Below the pieces are notes generated by a model. It was given only the letters and a program-made list of their open reading frames with translations. It searched no databases and had not been told where the DNA came from. DNA of 60,595 nt, counting the filler, from Sphacelaria rigidula (Eukaryota), in assembly GCA_964200075.2 (NCBI GenBank). It is 7 parts of 7 records of this genome, joined end to end, with 100 filler letters (N's around TTAATTAATTAA, not from the genome) between each part and the next. Parts side by side here need not be neighbours in the genome. Positions count along the whole stretch, not along the records: positions 43,356 to 51,925 come from CAXNAA020010747.1; positions 52,026 to 60,595 come from CAXNAA020010748.1; 5 more parts are not named here. One strand, given 5' to 3'. The position numbers were made by a program, and so were the translations under genes. This document shows positions 49,579-60,595 of the stretch, piece by piece (position 1 is the first letter of the stretch; each line of letters begins with the position of its first letter).

Positions 49579-49925
49579 GGGGGCGGGGCGGGGGGGGTAC
49601 TAAAGATCTCGCATGCCATAGTCATCTCACCATTGACCTCGTATCCCTAGAAAGCCGGGATCGAGTACGCCCGCTTTTAGCCGGATCAGGCTCGCAATCA
49701 CTCACCAAGCGCCGTGATGTGTTCGGCGAGTCGCATGAAGGGTGAATCCTGCTAAGATTGCTCGGCCCTAAGCGTACTGCGTATCTTGCATTTGGATGAT
49801 ATCCTCCAATGAGTTGCTTCATTTTCTGGTATCGCCACTTCCAGAGACAGCCATGGCTTACACACTGCCTCATGGGTGTCTCGCCGTGTAAACACTGCGT
49901 GGTACGACTACCATCTTTGCCCGAG
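49579..49925 (-). mobile_element. LINE 3' fragment, second subfamily
   Basis: Matches 44796-45130 (ccattgacctcg.atccct...ggtatcgccact.ccagagaca.ccatggcttacaca). Confidence 0.72.
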
Positions 49926-50599
49926 TTCAAGGTTCTCCCGCCCTACTGGTGTCGCTGCACCAAGTCTACCCCCTTCCGTAGGTTGCCATCTCGACATCAA
50001 GTCTCGCACATCCTTCGTTCTCGTTTATCCCACACCTTGCCGCTCAGCCCAAGTTGTGTCTTATCGAACTTCATTACGAGTACCTCAATTGCAATTATCG
50101 CGGCACAAATTGTCTCGTACACGCGAGATAACACATGAACGTTGCATGGAATGGCAGGACACACCACCCACGGATCGATTACTTGTACCACTATTTTGAT
50201 ATAGATGGAGATAGTGGTGTTGCATCGTTGTTCGTGTGTTGCTGTTAATCCCATGGGTGAACACAAGAAATGTGTAGCATTCCGAGAAGGGCGGGGCATG
50301 GTCGACGATCTGCAGCATGACTCGGGAAACAAGCGGAGTAGTCACATGATCAATGAAAACGATAGCCGCGTCAAGAAAGAAGCAACCACCGCACTGCCTG
50401 ATGGTGCAAATAACACCATCGGTGGAAGCTGTGTGGGGAGGTTCGTTGTAGAACCCCAGAGCGTCAGGAACTTGCTCTCCACACTACATTACCGTACAGG
50501 TGGACTGATTTGAATCTTATTGCGCCTAGCGTGTCTTTCATCATCTACTATCAACGAGTGGGCTAATCAAGCACACGAGAAAGGGACTGCTGTTGCTCA

Positions 50600-51420
50600 G
50601 AAGCCCGCCTGCACATGTAGACCCGGTCGAGAGATTACACGTACGGTACAACGCCGATTGGAGTTGGAGCGAGCACAGACTGTGAGTAGAGGTTGCGGTG
50701 CCGAAAGCGATGGCACTCTGACCGTCCTGAGTGTTGTATTTGACGCGAGGGAAGCAAATGACTGTACGAAATAGCCAGCATATTTAGCACCGTGACGTGA
50801 GAGCGACTTTACAGCGGTGGGAACGATGTAGCATGCAGTTCCAATTCTAACACCATAATATGTTTGCATGACGTTATGATGGCCCCGCCCCGAATGTAGC
50901 AGGACTCTCCAAGCATACATATAACCGAGAGGGAAGTCTATGTTGATCGCACATGTCGTGGGAAATAGTAGGGAAGGCTGGCTGTGACATCGAAACCTGA
51001 GCGTACTACAGTAGAGAAAAGAACACTTGGTGGCTGGTTTCAAGGCGCACACCAACCTTTATTGCTGATACAGTGATTTTGACCATCGGAATCCTATGTC
51101 GGTTACCTGGCCCAAGATCGGTAGGGATTTTGTGAGGCTTGTATACATCTGGTCGCGAGCCGTCATCTCAGTCGGAAACAGGCGCGTGTCACGTCACAAC
51201 AAATTAAGGTCAACTATACAGCATGGTGAAATTTGTATTTTGTTTTCCTTTTTCGTTCCCAGGGTGGTGTGGCACTCGAAGGGTTGGCCTCGAAATGGCC
51301 TCGAAGGGAAGCCTGCGTCATCCTCGCGCTGCCTCCGTGCAATGCTGGATGCCATACTCTCCATCGCCTCCCCGAGTATCCACACGCACGCACCCGTGTG
51401 TGTGTCGCATCCCATATTAC
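50600..51420 (-). mobile_element. Highly degenerate copia-like pol remnant
   Basis: Weak colinear traces only (IPTDLGP, CDQH, AKYAGYF..ASN); many stops. Confidence 0.3.
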
Positions 51421-53609
51421 CCTTGTGCAATCCCAGGTTTTGTCGCAGTGCCTGAGATCGTAAATTCGTTTGTGTTCTCATCCCTTGGAAGTGTTTGTTA
51501 TGTCCAGTTTAGTTTGCATAAATTTTTGTAACCACCGTCGTCTCAATTTTTGTGCGCATCTCCTGTATCTGTAAACGCCGTTTCTCGAATGATGGCAGGT
51601 GCAGGCAGACGAGGATTAAATCATGTCTGAAGTCGCCAGCGATGGATGTCCGGTGTGGGCTCCCTTTGTGGGCTTCATGGGGGTGTTGTGCGCTCTAGTG
51701 TTTGCAAGTGAGTCCCTTCGATGCCGAACAATTTGTATGGATGAAGTTGTACGGAAGTGCGTTGTCGTCCCTTGATGTCCACCCTTGTCCTGCGTTTGTT
51801 CAGGCGGTTTGCGAGTTTTCCACGGTTCGGACGAATCATCGCCGGTTCGAATCACCAATTAACAACAAATTGTGAGAATTGAGGTTTAACTTCGAGATGA
51901 GGCTCAAGCCTAAAACAGTGCTTTCNNNNNNNNNNNNNNNNNNNNNNNNNNNNNNNNNNNNNNNNNNNNTTAATTAATTAANNNNNNNNNNNNNNNNNNN
52001 NNNNNNNNNNNNNNNNNNNNNNNNNGAGGGGGTGTGTGAGCTATACCGGATGTTGGCGAAAATACCGTCGGTATACCGGTTTTTGGCGATTGCCCAAAGA
52101 TCAGACCTCTCGCAGGCGAAAATTTCGCCCGTGGATTGGCTTCACAAACCTCGAGCCCTCTGAGGAAAGCTTCCTTGGTTCACCGAGAGGGAGACAAGAT
52201 AACTGAATCCGATTCTCTGGATGTTCACGTCTTGACTTTTCACTACATTGCGCAAGATTGTTTATCTGTACACTTCTGTACACCCACGCTGCACTTCAGA
52301 TGAAACGATCTACAGAAGGATCGGGATATGAGGCGTCTATTATTGTCGGAGCAGACTGTGGATCGATTGTGTTCGCCATCCAAAGACTTCGTGCGCAAAC
52401 TGCAGAGACCTGATCACCTTGTCGGGCCACACCGTGCACCGTCCGAGCTTGAATATATAAGAAAACTCGAGGCAAAACGTACACCTTAAAGTGTTTTCGT
52501 GAGGTTGACAGTAGAGGACACGATTGAGAGTGGAAAGCGGTCAATTAGTGAATGAATCGTTTCAGTTCCGAAATGCCCCTCCACGAGGCCCAATATGCTT
52601 CTTGTAGTAGCTTGCCACTGAGGCCCTTGATATCCCTGAGTGGGTTATCGACGTGCAGCTGTAAGAACACGCCAGCGATAGAAACAAAGAAAATTACACA
52701 CGGAATGAAAAATTGGCTAAGTCAAAGCGAATTGTCAAAGCCACTCCCAATCAGCGCTCCACTCTCAATCTCACGAAAACGTTGTTACCTGTAGTAGACT
52801 GACAATTTAAGTGACCGTTACGGTGTCACGTGTAGTTGGTGTGGAGGAATGGTGTGACCCGCAGCCAGGCCGCAAGTGTAGAGCAGCAGCTGCGGGAGTT
52901 CCAGGGGTATAACTTCATGTAGTTCTGACGAAAAAGTGCAACCGGCGGGTACATCGGTTTCGATAACGAACGGCACTGCTATCCCGCACGAAATCTTTGA
53001 CTACGGAAAATATGATGTACCCAGAGTAATCTTGGTGGATCAGGTCCGAGAGACGTCCGTGAATTTGACGGAGTAAGATGAGTTCTTGTTCTTACAGTTT
53101 CGTGCGATTTTGCTGTGATATGTAATGTAGTGTACAGCTCTGCATTTTACGTTTGCCCTGTAGTCTAGACGACACGACTACCTTTTACTACCCTGACTGA
53201 AGCTCCCCGTATCAACCTTAGGTTCTTCAGCAAAATTTTAGGTCGGGCGACAGGCCAGGGGACGTGGTGTGACCATTCCACACACTGGATGATGACGATA
53301 AAATACATTGTCAAAAAGTGTACTGCGTACACTATCCACCATGTCGTCTATTACAATAGACAAAAGATGCCATGCTATGCGCAGTACATTTCTTGACAAC
53401 GTTATCTATTGTCAATATCCGGTGATTTGATTGATCAAGTCGCCCACTTTGTTCTCGTACAGACGGACTGTACAGTATTGGATTATTATACCTCCAGTCA
53501 ATCTCTGTTTTACCCAAAATTAAACGATCACTTAGTCATCGAACATCAAAAACGGCGGTGCTTTTTGTTCCCCCTGCAGTCTTCGAGACCGACCTGCCCC
53601 CCCTCTCCT

Positions 53610-53787
53610 TGCTGACAGAGAGTAAGATATGTAAAAGTTTTTGTGTAATGTATGGAAGAAACGTAATGAGCACCAAAATGTTGGAGGCGTCTCTATCAGG
53701 AGTGAGAACGGTGCTCTGTCTCGAAAGGGATGCGTTATCAATGGTCAAACGAATAAGGCAAGCAACAAATGAGTACGCCCCCCCCCC
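53610..53787 (+). mobile_element. LINE ORF2 3' end with a poly(C) tail
   Basis: ..CNVWKKRNEHQNVGGVSIRSENGALSRKGCVINGQTNKASNK*-gtacg-C10. Confidence 0.8.
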
Positions 53788-55329
53788 TCTCCTCGCTGTC
53801 AAGATACGATAGCCGCGGCACACTGTACAAAATTACGCATGGTAGAAACAGCGCAGGCTGTACGCTGTGGAGAGCGGTCGCACTGATGGTTTTGTACTGT
53901 GCTGTTGGGATCCCGCCGGTGGTGAAAAGAGGCATGGTACGGCAGCTGAGTAGTGTGATACGGGCAGTTGAAACGTCATGCGGGTCAACAGATCGGAACA
54001 TACTCCAGGTGTGCTAGCACCTGCCAGACAACGCCGAGGGTCAGGGTCAGGGTCAGGGTTATCGGCGTTCATCACAACAGTAGCAGTGATGGCCAACGTG
54101 CACCATAAAAACGTCTTTCTGTCAACGCGGTCTTGACCTACTGGTTGGGTTCCAACCGGCCAGAGGTTTTCCAGCTACTATTTTTCATACAGATGCTCAA
54201 CATCTGCTTGCTCTCCATGTAAGGGCGTGCCTTTGCACATTTTTTTTCGATCCAAAAATGCGCGGTGGAAAAGAAAAAATCATATCTCATAAGATTGCTC
54301 TGTGTCCAGGGCGCTTCCATTTTCAATTTATTTCGGTGTTTGTGACGTCGCGCTCTCGGATTTCGGTGGTGAAACCGGAGTGGTCTCCGCTGGGCCCTTT
54401 CACTCTAAAATAAAGGTCTGCCGCACGCACCCGGGGTATGGTGATGCGTCGTTGCACGGGAGCGTAAAGTTGTATGAAGGCATAAATCGTGTTCGTGTTA
54501 TCACCGTCGCCCTACAATCGCAAGGGCCCGCGGCAAGCCGGCGCTGAGACGCGAGCCGTTTCCCGGCAAATTCCCGCTAGGTCGTCCCGCACCAGTCCCA
54601 GCCACTGCCATTCCTGTGTTAAAGTACACGTACACGACTTGCCTCCCGGTATGCCATAGACTATGAGTTGCAAACTGCTGTTTCCCGGTCAGACGGGAGA
54701 CAGTGTCAAGCGTCAAGCAGCTGCACGCTGGGCCCAGGGGCCCTATATTGGGAAATGACGGCACCACCACCCCCCAGGTCGCCCAAACCTCATTCTGGGG
54801 CCGTAGGGGGGGAGGGGGGGACCCCTGGGTGCCCTATTTGAGGAGGGGGGGTACCCCCCAGATCGATGGATAATGGCGAAATTAGTTGCTGTGTGTGTAC
54901 GCATCGGTCTTCAGAGCATAGATCTATTTTCAAGTACGGTATATAAAATATGCTGATTGCTGCTGTGTTCGACACTGCGTACCAACCGCAGCGTGGCGCG
55001 TTCGACAGTACTACCTGCTCACTGCACAGCGGCAGGGTGCAGGGTGACAAAGCACACCGCAGGACGTCACATCCTTAGCCTACCCCTGTCCTGATTTGAT
55101 TTCGCGTTGTCCTATGCAGTTTGCCACATCATGAACGCAGCCGCTTTTATCTGCGGCCAATGTGTACGCAGGATATCACCCCTCGCTACGCGCTATATCG
55201 CTACGTCACATTTTTCAAAGCTATCCATGTTGCAGGTACAGCGTGCGTTTGCCCCAGGTGGCGCACGTAGGAGTGAAAGGCCGCCTTCGCCGCTGTAATG
55301 GCTACCTGTGTTTTGGGCGAAGCTGTATG

Positions 55330-55416
55330 GTAACACAGCCGCGGCTGGTGCGCCCACACATACCGAGAGGTGGGACCGGCGACCAGAACAGATGGGACGA
55401 CAACACACACAACACA
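55330..55416 (+). mobile_element. 3' fragment of the tRNA-derived SINE
   Basis: ggctggtgcgcccac.cataccga.aggtg...gatgggacgacaacacacac is the reverse complement of the 31460/59081 repeat. Confidence 0.65.
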
Positions 55417-56095
55417 CTGTGCGCAGTACACTCGTAACATCGTGTTGGTACTGACTGTAGAAATCTTTGTCCACGGTTGGGTACATTTCCACATATAATG
55501 CAGGGTCTGGTACATTTCCACATGTAAATGTATGAAATGTTACTCAGTGAGATCGTGAAAAAAATACGCAACATATGCGCGAACTGCAGGTAAGGCAATC
55601 GCCGAAATATTAACCTGCAAACTCTTCTCCAGTGCACTGTAAGTTGATATCGCTAGAAGGACATTACCAAAACGACCTTGTCGGCTGCCAGACTGTCAGG
55701 ACGTAAGATCCGCTAGCATTGCTACTGTCTGTACGGGGATGTTGCCCCCTTGTCGGGGACGTGGGGAAGGATCCGTCACAAAACGAGTGGTCGCGTCAAG
55801 CAGCTGCACGCTGGGCGTTCTTACTCAAGACTTCGATTTGAGGATGATACTAGTTAGGCAGCAGCAACTGCTGTGTGTACGGGTGCCCCTTGGAGCAGGA
55901 TGCGTTTGGTTTCTGTTCGACAAAGTTTTCTCCAAAAAAACGAAACCAATAGGGGATTTTGAGTGGAAAAATCTAGCGAAAAAAAAGTCGCAAAAATGGA
56001 GTCGCACAAATCAAATCGCACAAATCATGTCGCAAAAAACCGGTGAGTCGAATTTTTATCCGCAGCAGAAACCAAATTCACTTTGTGAAATTAGA

Positions 56096-56782
56096 ACAGG
56101 TCCACCGCATTTCTGTTCCTAGTTGGCGTTAATAATTTCTACGATCAGGGGCGCGCGGAGAAGAAGTAAAAAACAAAAAAGCTGAGTTTCTTTGATCGAA
56201 ACATGCGGTCGAAATGCACGATGGGGCACTTGCATTCTATCCTACAGACCACCACGCCAGATACCACCCGTTCACAGAACCATGCAAGCTCCACACAACT
56301 CATTTTCAGCTACCGCCGCAACCGTGCAGCATAGAGCACGAGCTGAGCACAGGCATAGATACACTGCAGTAGTTGGGTCTGCTTTGTTTATTTTTTGGTG
56401 TCGAAATCTTGTGCATCTTCTTTCATGGGGATCAGCGACGGAACTGCGTGGTAGGGTGGGCAACCGAGTTGCGTACAAGCTCATGGACAGTGCAGGCATC
56501 ACAAAGCTGCACGTTGCTGAAGTAAGTCCTTGCCACGTCGCATTGTAAGCAGAGAAAACATTTAGTCCTGCGCTGTCTGCACTGCACGTTGCCTGCTTGT
56601 CGTTCACATCCTACTGTATGAAACACGCACACACAAACACACACACTCAAGACACATTGCATGCAAACAGTCCAGCAAGTACAGACTGTACTCGACGAAG
56701 TACCGCTTCACGAATTTCGCCCGAATCAATTCCATCGCCCGTTATTTACTTGTGTACCTGCACTGTTTGTATGCAATGTGTC

Positions 56783-56817
<35 letters not shown>

Positions 56818-57334
56818 CGTGCGTGTTTCGTACAGTAGGAGGTGAAAGAAAAGTGGGCAACGTGCAGCCCTATCAGTTCTCTCTGCTGACGATTCGACGT
56901 GACACGGACTTGGACAGCGTGCAGCTTTGTACTGCCTATACTGTCCATGAGTGTGTACGCAAGCCGGTTGCCCACCCTACCACGCAGTTCCGTCGCTGAT
57001 CCCTACCATGAAAGATTATTAGGATTTCGACACCCAAAATAAAGAAAGCATACCCAACTACTGCAATGTACCTATACCTGTGCTCAACTTGTGCTTTATG
57101 CTACACGGTTGTGATGGTAGCTGAGAAAGAGTTGTGTGGAGCTTGCATGGCTCTGTGAACGGGTAGTATCTGGCGTTGTGGTCTGTAAGACAGGAGGCAA
57201 GTGCCCCTTCGTGCTCTTCGACTGCATGTTTTCGATCGAAGATCAGCTTTACAGGCTTTTACTTCATCTCCGCGCGCCACTGATTGTAAAAAAGTAGATG
57301 AAGCCAACTAGGGATAAAAATGCGGTGGACCTGT
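56096..57334. repeat. ~1.24-kb imperfect palindrome (foldback) with CA/GT microsatellites near the centre
   Basis: acaggtccaccgcatt...atgcggtggacctgt termini. Arms match colinearly, e.g. gatcgaaacatgc.gtcga/tcgac.gcatgttttcgatc and atcagcgacggaactgcgtggtagggtgggcaacc/ggttgcccaccctaccacgcagttccgtcgctgat. Confidence 0.92.
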
Positions 57335-58179
57335 CAGATTGACATTTTCATTTTCCACCGAACATTTTTCGATCGAAAAAAATGTGCGAAGAGACGCCCC
57401 TAAGTAAGCGAGCTGTCACCTGAAACAGGTGTCATGGAGGCAATTCGACCTTACTAGTTATTCCATGGCAATACATGTGCGGGGAAAGGGCTAGCTTCAG
57501 CTCCGTGTGCGCGCACAACGTTTAGCATAATTTGGGGGATTTGAGCTCAAAACAACCTTTTTCTCAAATCTTACGATGAGCTTATAATTTCTGAAAAGCT
57601 AACAATATGCTTGAAACGTGCATGGAGTTGCGATATTTTTTTATGCGCCTCCTACAGCCACTCTAGCAGCTGCCCGCACGTGCTCCATGTGGCGTGACTC
57701 ATTACCAGACAGGCTGACAGGCTTCAGGCTACAATACATCAAAATTCGAGGGTCGTGTTTCGTGCTGCTATTTTGTTGCGGGTCTGATCAGAAAAACGTC
57801 TCTCTGTATACTCTATATACGTGGTACTAAGTTGTTTTCAAAAATATAATCGACACTTGGAACACTTGCACAGCATGCAGCGTACAGCGTAGTACAACAG
57901 CAGCAGCAGCACTTGTAGTGAGAAGTGACAACAAGTATACCGGACGATAGGCCGTCTGAAATGGCCTGTGTCCAGAGGCTGCAATGCCCTACTGCTGTGT
58001 CATGTATCATAAGTGTAGCGGCATCTGTTGTTCCCTTTGGTAAGGGTGTGGGTGTGCAGCTTGTGGCCTTCAAACTTGACGAAGAAAGGTTGCATTTTTA
58101 AATAAAAAGATAAACATCAAATCTTCGAATGTCCAACTTGTCCTTTTGTCATGCTAGAAGACGTAGGCCTGAGTCCTTT

Positions 58180-59720
58180 GTGCCAGCATAATTTCTAGCA
58201 TAACTCGTCTTTTTTGCCCGAATCGGCATATGAGCATAGTGCCAGCATGATCAGGGCTGAGCTAGCATAATCCTCCGTTTAGCGGCATAATCCGGTAGCA
58301 TAAAAACCGTTTCCGGCTATTTCGATTGCAGAGTAGTAAACAATTTTTTGTGTGCATGCCCGCGTCCAATATTTCGGTTAGGTTTAGGGCTTTTGTCAGG
58401 GGTTATGTACAGCAACTTTGGTTGTGGAATTCTCCGTGAGTCGTGAGCCATCCGTGAAACTTGGCACACTTGCTGGCGAGTAGGCAGGCTGCATGGGTGC
58501 AATCGGCGGCTCGTTTCGACAATGCGCACGGAAGAAGACAGCGACTACAGATTTTTCCCAATACGACCGATACGCTGTCAAGACGGCTTGCCCGACGACC
58601 GAACTTCGTGCACAAACCCTTGACGCACATGTGGCCACGCTCGTTCAGTAACTTCCACATTGTATACAGCGAAGCGGCTGATAAGCTTGCAAACAGCCTC
58701 GACCCGTGCTGCCATACCCTGTGGAACATGACCATTCGAAGAAATCTGGGACACACATCGCCTGTAGAGGTACTTAGTTCGGGGGATACGACTGTACGTG
58801 CGCTGTCGGCGCTGCATCGCGCTGAAACTTCGCCCACGTCACGTGACGTACACAAAACAAGCCCACATCGCTGCATCTGGGCTTGCGGCTTGCAGCAGCA
58901 CGCAACGGGCCGAAAAAAGGTCCGTTTCTGTTCCGATCATGTGTATTTTTTTATTTTGGCGGGAGACTGTGATACAATGACAACCAAATGCACTACGAAC
59001 GCACGACACACGGCGTGTACTGTCTCGCGGATACACGGCAGTGATGTCTGCGAAGCATATTTGATGCATATTCCTGCTTGGTGTGTGTGTTGTGTGTCGT
59101 CGTCCCTTCTATTCTGGACGCCAGTCTACACCTTTCGGTATATGTGGGCGAATCAGCCGGGGTCACACAGGAGGAAGGTCAACACGGGAGTTTTTTCTTC
59201 TTCATCTGTTTTTAGTACCTCATCTTCCTTCTGCGCTGCTTGCCTTTATTTCTCATCGTGAGAGCGGTTCAGTAGTCCATTTCCCTCGTTGACCGTTTAG
59301 TTGGATTCTGTGTACCCGCGGCATAATCGCTCTACACTGTTGGGCATGGTGTGAGAAAAAATCCCAGATCACTCCGAGAATTGAACCCACGATCCAACCG
59401 TCACAAGGTTTCGAGGGTAACAACTGAGCCACCGGGGCGACCGGCTTTTTAGTATCGCTTGGTGGCCAGCATAAAAGGAACATAACATCGTTTTTTGCGG
59501 GGTGGCATAAAAGCATAATGGAGCATAATTGCAGCATATTTCACCTTTTGGGGGGCATATTCTGAAAAAGCGGGCATGAAAGAGGCGGCGTAATCGGCGA
59601 AAAGAGGAGGATAAAGGACTCAGGTCTAAGAAGGCACGCCTCGCGAGGAGATATTGCCACGGCGTCACAACAAGGACGCGAATAAGCCGCACATAAAATG
59701 CGCACATATAATGCGCTAAA
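58180..59720. repeat. Two clusters of GCATAA motifs (58180-58305 and 59465-59720), probably subterminal repeats of a DNA transposon
   Basis: agcataat/ggcataa repeated many times; cagggctg at ~58252. Confidence 0.45.
59081..59445 (-). mobile_element. tRNA-derived SINE, near full length
   Basis: Minus-strand head gccggtcgccccggTGGCTCAGTTG...GGTTCAATTC (Pol III A/B-box-like); body shared with 31460-31690; CA-rich tail. Confidence 0.78.
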
Positions 59721-60595
59721 AAGAGCTCAAAATGAGGCTTTACAAAAAAATAGTTCAAAATTAAAAAAACGAAGCTTAGTTTCAAGAAAAAACGCGCATA
59801 TGGAACTGAAGCCCAGGGAAGGGTCGCTGTCGAAGGGTTCAAGTTGACCTTACAGCTACGGCTTGTCGTCCAGATGGTTCGGCTGCTTTGGCGGGTACAT
59901 TTTTGGTTGCAGTGTACACTGAACTGGGGGCTGCAACTGTCTGTCTCTCCACTGTTATGCCCGTGAAAGGGGCTCGATTCCGGGCAATATATAACGGGAA
60001 AATGGACCGACCAACAGCACAGTCGGCTGAATGCAGAAGCAATGAAACCAGAATGAGCGAATCAGAATCAATCACAAGTACGCGCGTCACTTGAAATGAC
60101 GACGGCGCTTTTTAAAATGTACCATGACTACAGTGCATTATACAACATGCCTGTGACTGACGTTGCTGTACACACGTACGCAGGGTTACAACAACAGGAG
60201 GATAGAAGCTGCTGCTCGTGTTGTTGTTGTGCCCCTCTTGTTGCAGCATGTTGTTGTGCCTATCTTTCAACGCATTTTTCTCGGCAAAGAAGCCGAGGAT
60301 TGGACTGCGGTTTGATGCGTGCGCTTCCCACACACCAGAACTATTCAGTATGGTAGCAGGTTTCCGTAACGCGTGCCGCGAAGGCCGCGGCACTTTGCAA
60401 ACTGCTGCACCGAACACAAAATGTACTAAAAAACGCGTTTCCTTCAACGTTCTGGAGCTTTCCGGATCCGCTGTGGCAAAATGAGCAACTCCGTGTTCAC
60501 ACTGAGTAGGTGAAGTGTGTGTGCGGGGGGGGGGGGGGGGGCTGAGAAGGGGCACAGGCTTCTTTTCTTTTTTTTTTGGGGGAGTGGGGACGAAA

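Larger units (their letters stand above)
54223..57400. mobile_element. Non-autonomous PIF/Harbinger-like element (~3.2 kb)
   Basis: ~55-bp TIRs: gggcgtgcctttgcacattttttttcgatccaaaaatg..cggtggaaaa versus the reverse complement at 57346-57400. TAA flanks both ends (54220-54222 and 57401-57403). Confidence 0.75.

Noticed and set aside
54038-54060. (GGGTCA)n, also (GAACCC)n at ~45918-45941, as telomere-like repeats
   Set aside because: Only 3-4 units and interstitial; best treated as short simple repeats.
58461-59261. 266-aa ORF
   Set aside because: Runs into SINE sequence and has no identifiable domain.
59360-59445. tRNA gene
   Set aside because: Degenerate boxes, no clean cloverleaf, and fused to a repeated body; it is a SINE head.

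Overview
Eukaryotic, intron- and repeat-rich DNA. A brown alga (Phaeophyceae, Ectocarpus-like) is inferred from the gene architecture and repeat families; this was not verified by any search. The window is not one locus. It is seven contigs of 8570-8571 bp (1-8571, 8672-17242, 17343-25913, 26014-34584, 34685-43255, 43356-51925, 52026-60595) joined by artificial 100-bp N44-TTAATTAATTAA-N44 linkers, so adjacency across linkers is meaningless. Host genes are all partial: six exons of an ABCC/MRP transporter (+); nine exons of an ATAD2/Yta7-like AAA+ ATPase (-) with two GC-AG introns; the first exon of an S4-domain RsuA/RluB-like pseudouridine synthase (-); and an acidic terminal exon of an unknown gene. 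The rest is mostly transposon debris: Ty1/copia gag/pol fragments, LINE 3' ends that run directly into poly(C), a tRNA-derived SINE, and several TIR/foldback elements. The most unusual item is a ~2-kb TIR-bounded element (2151-4167) with no recognisable transposase. It carries a frameshifted PrimPol-type archaeo-eukaryotic primase (AEP) gene with all three catalytic motifs in order, and it sits inside a larger ~290-bp inverted-repeat pair.
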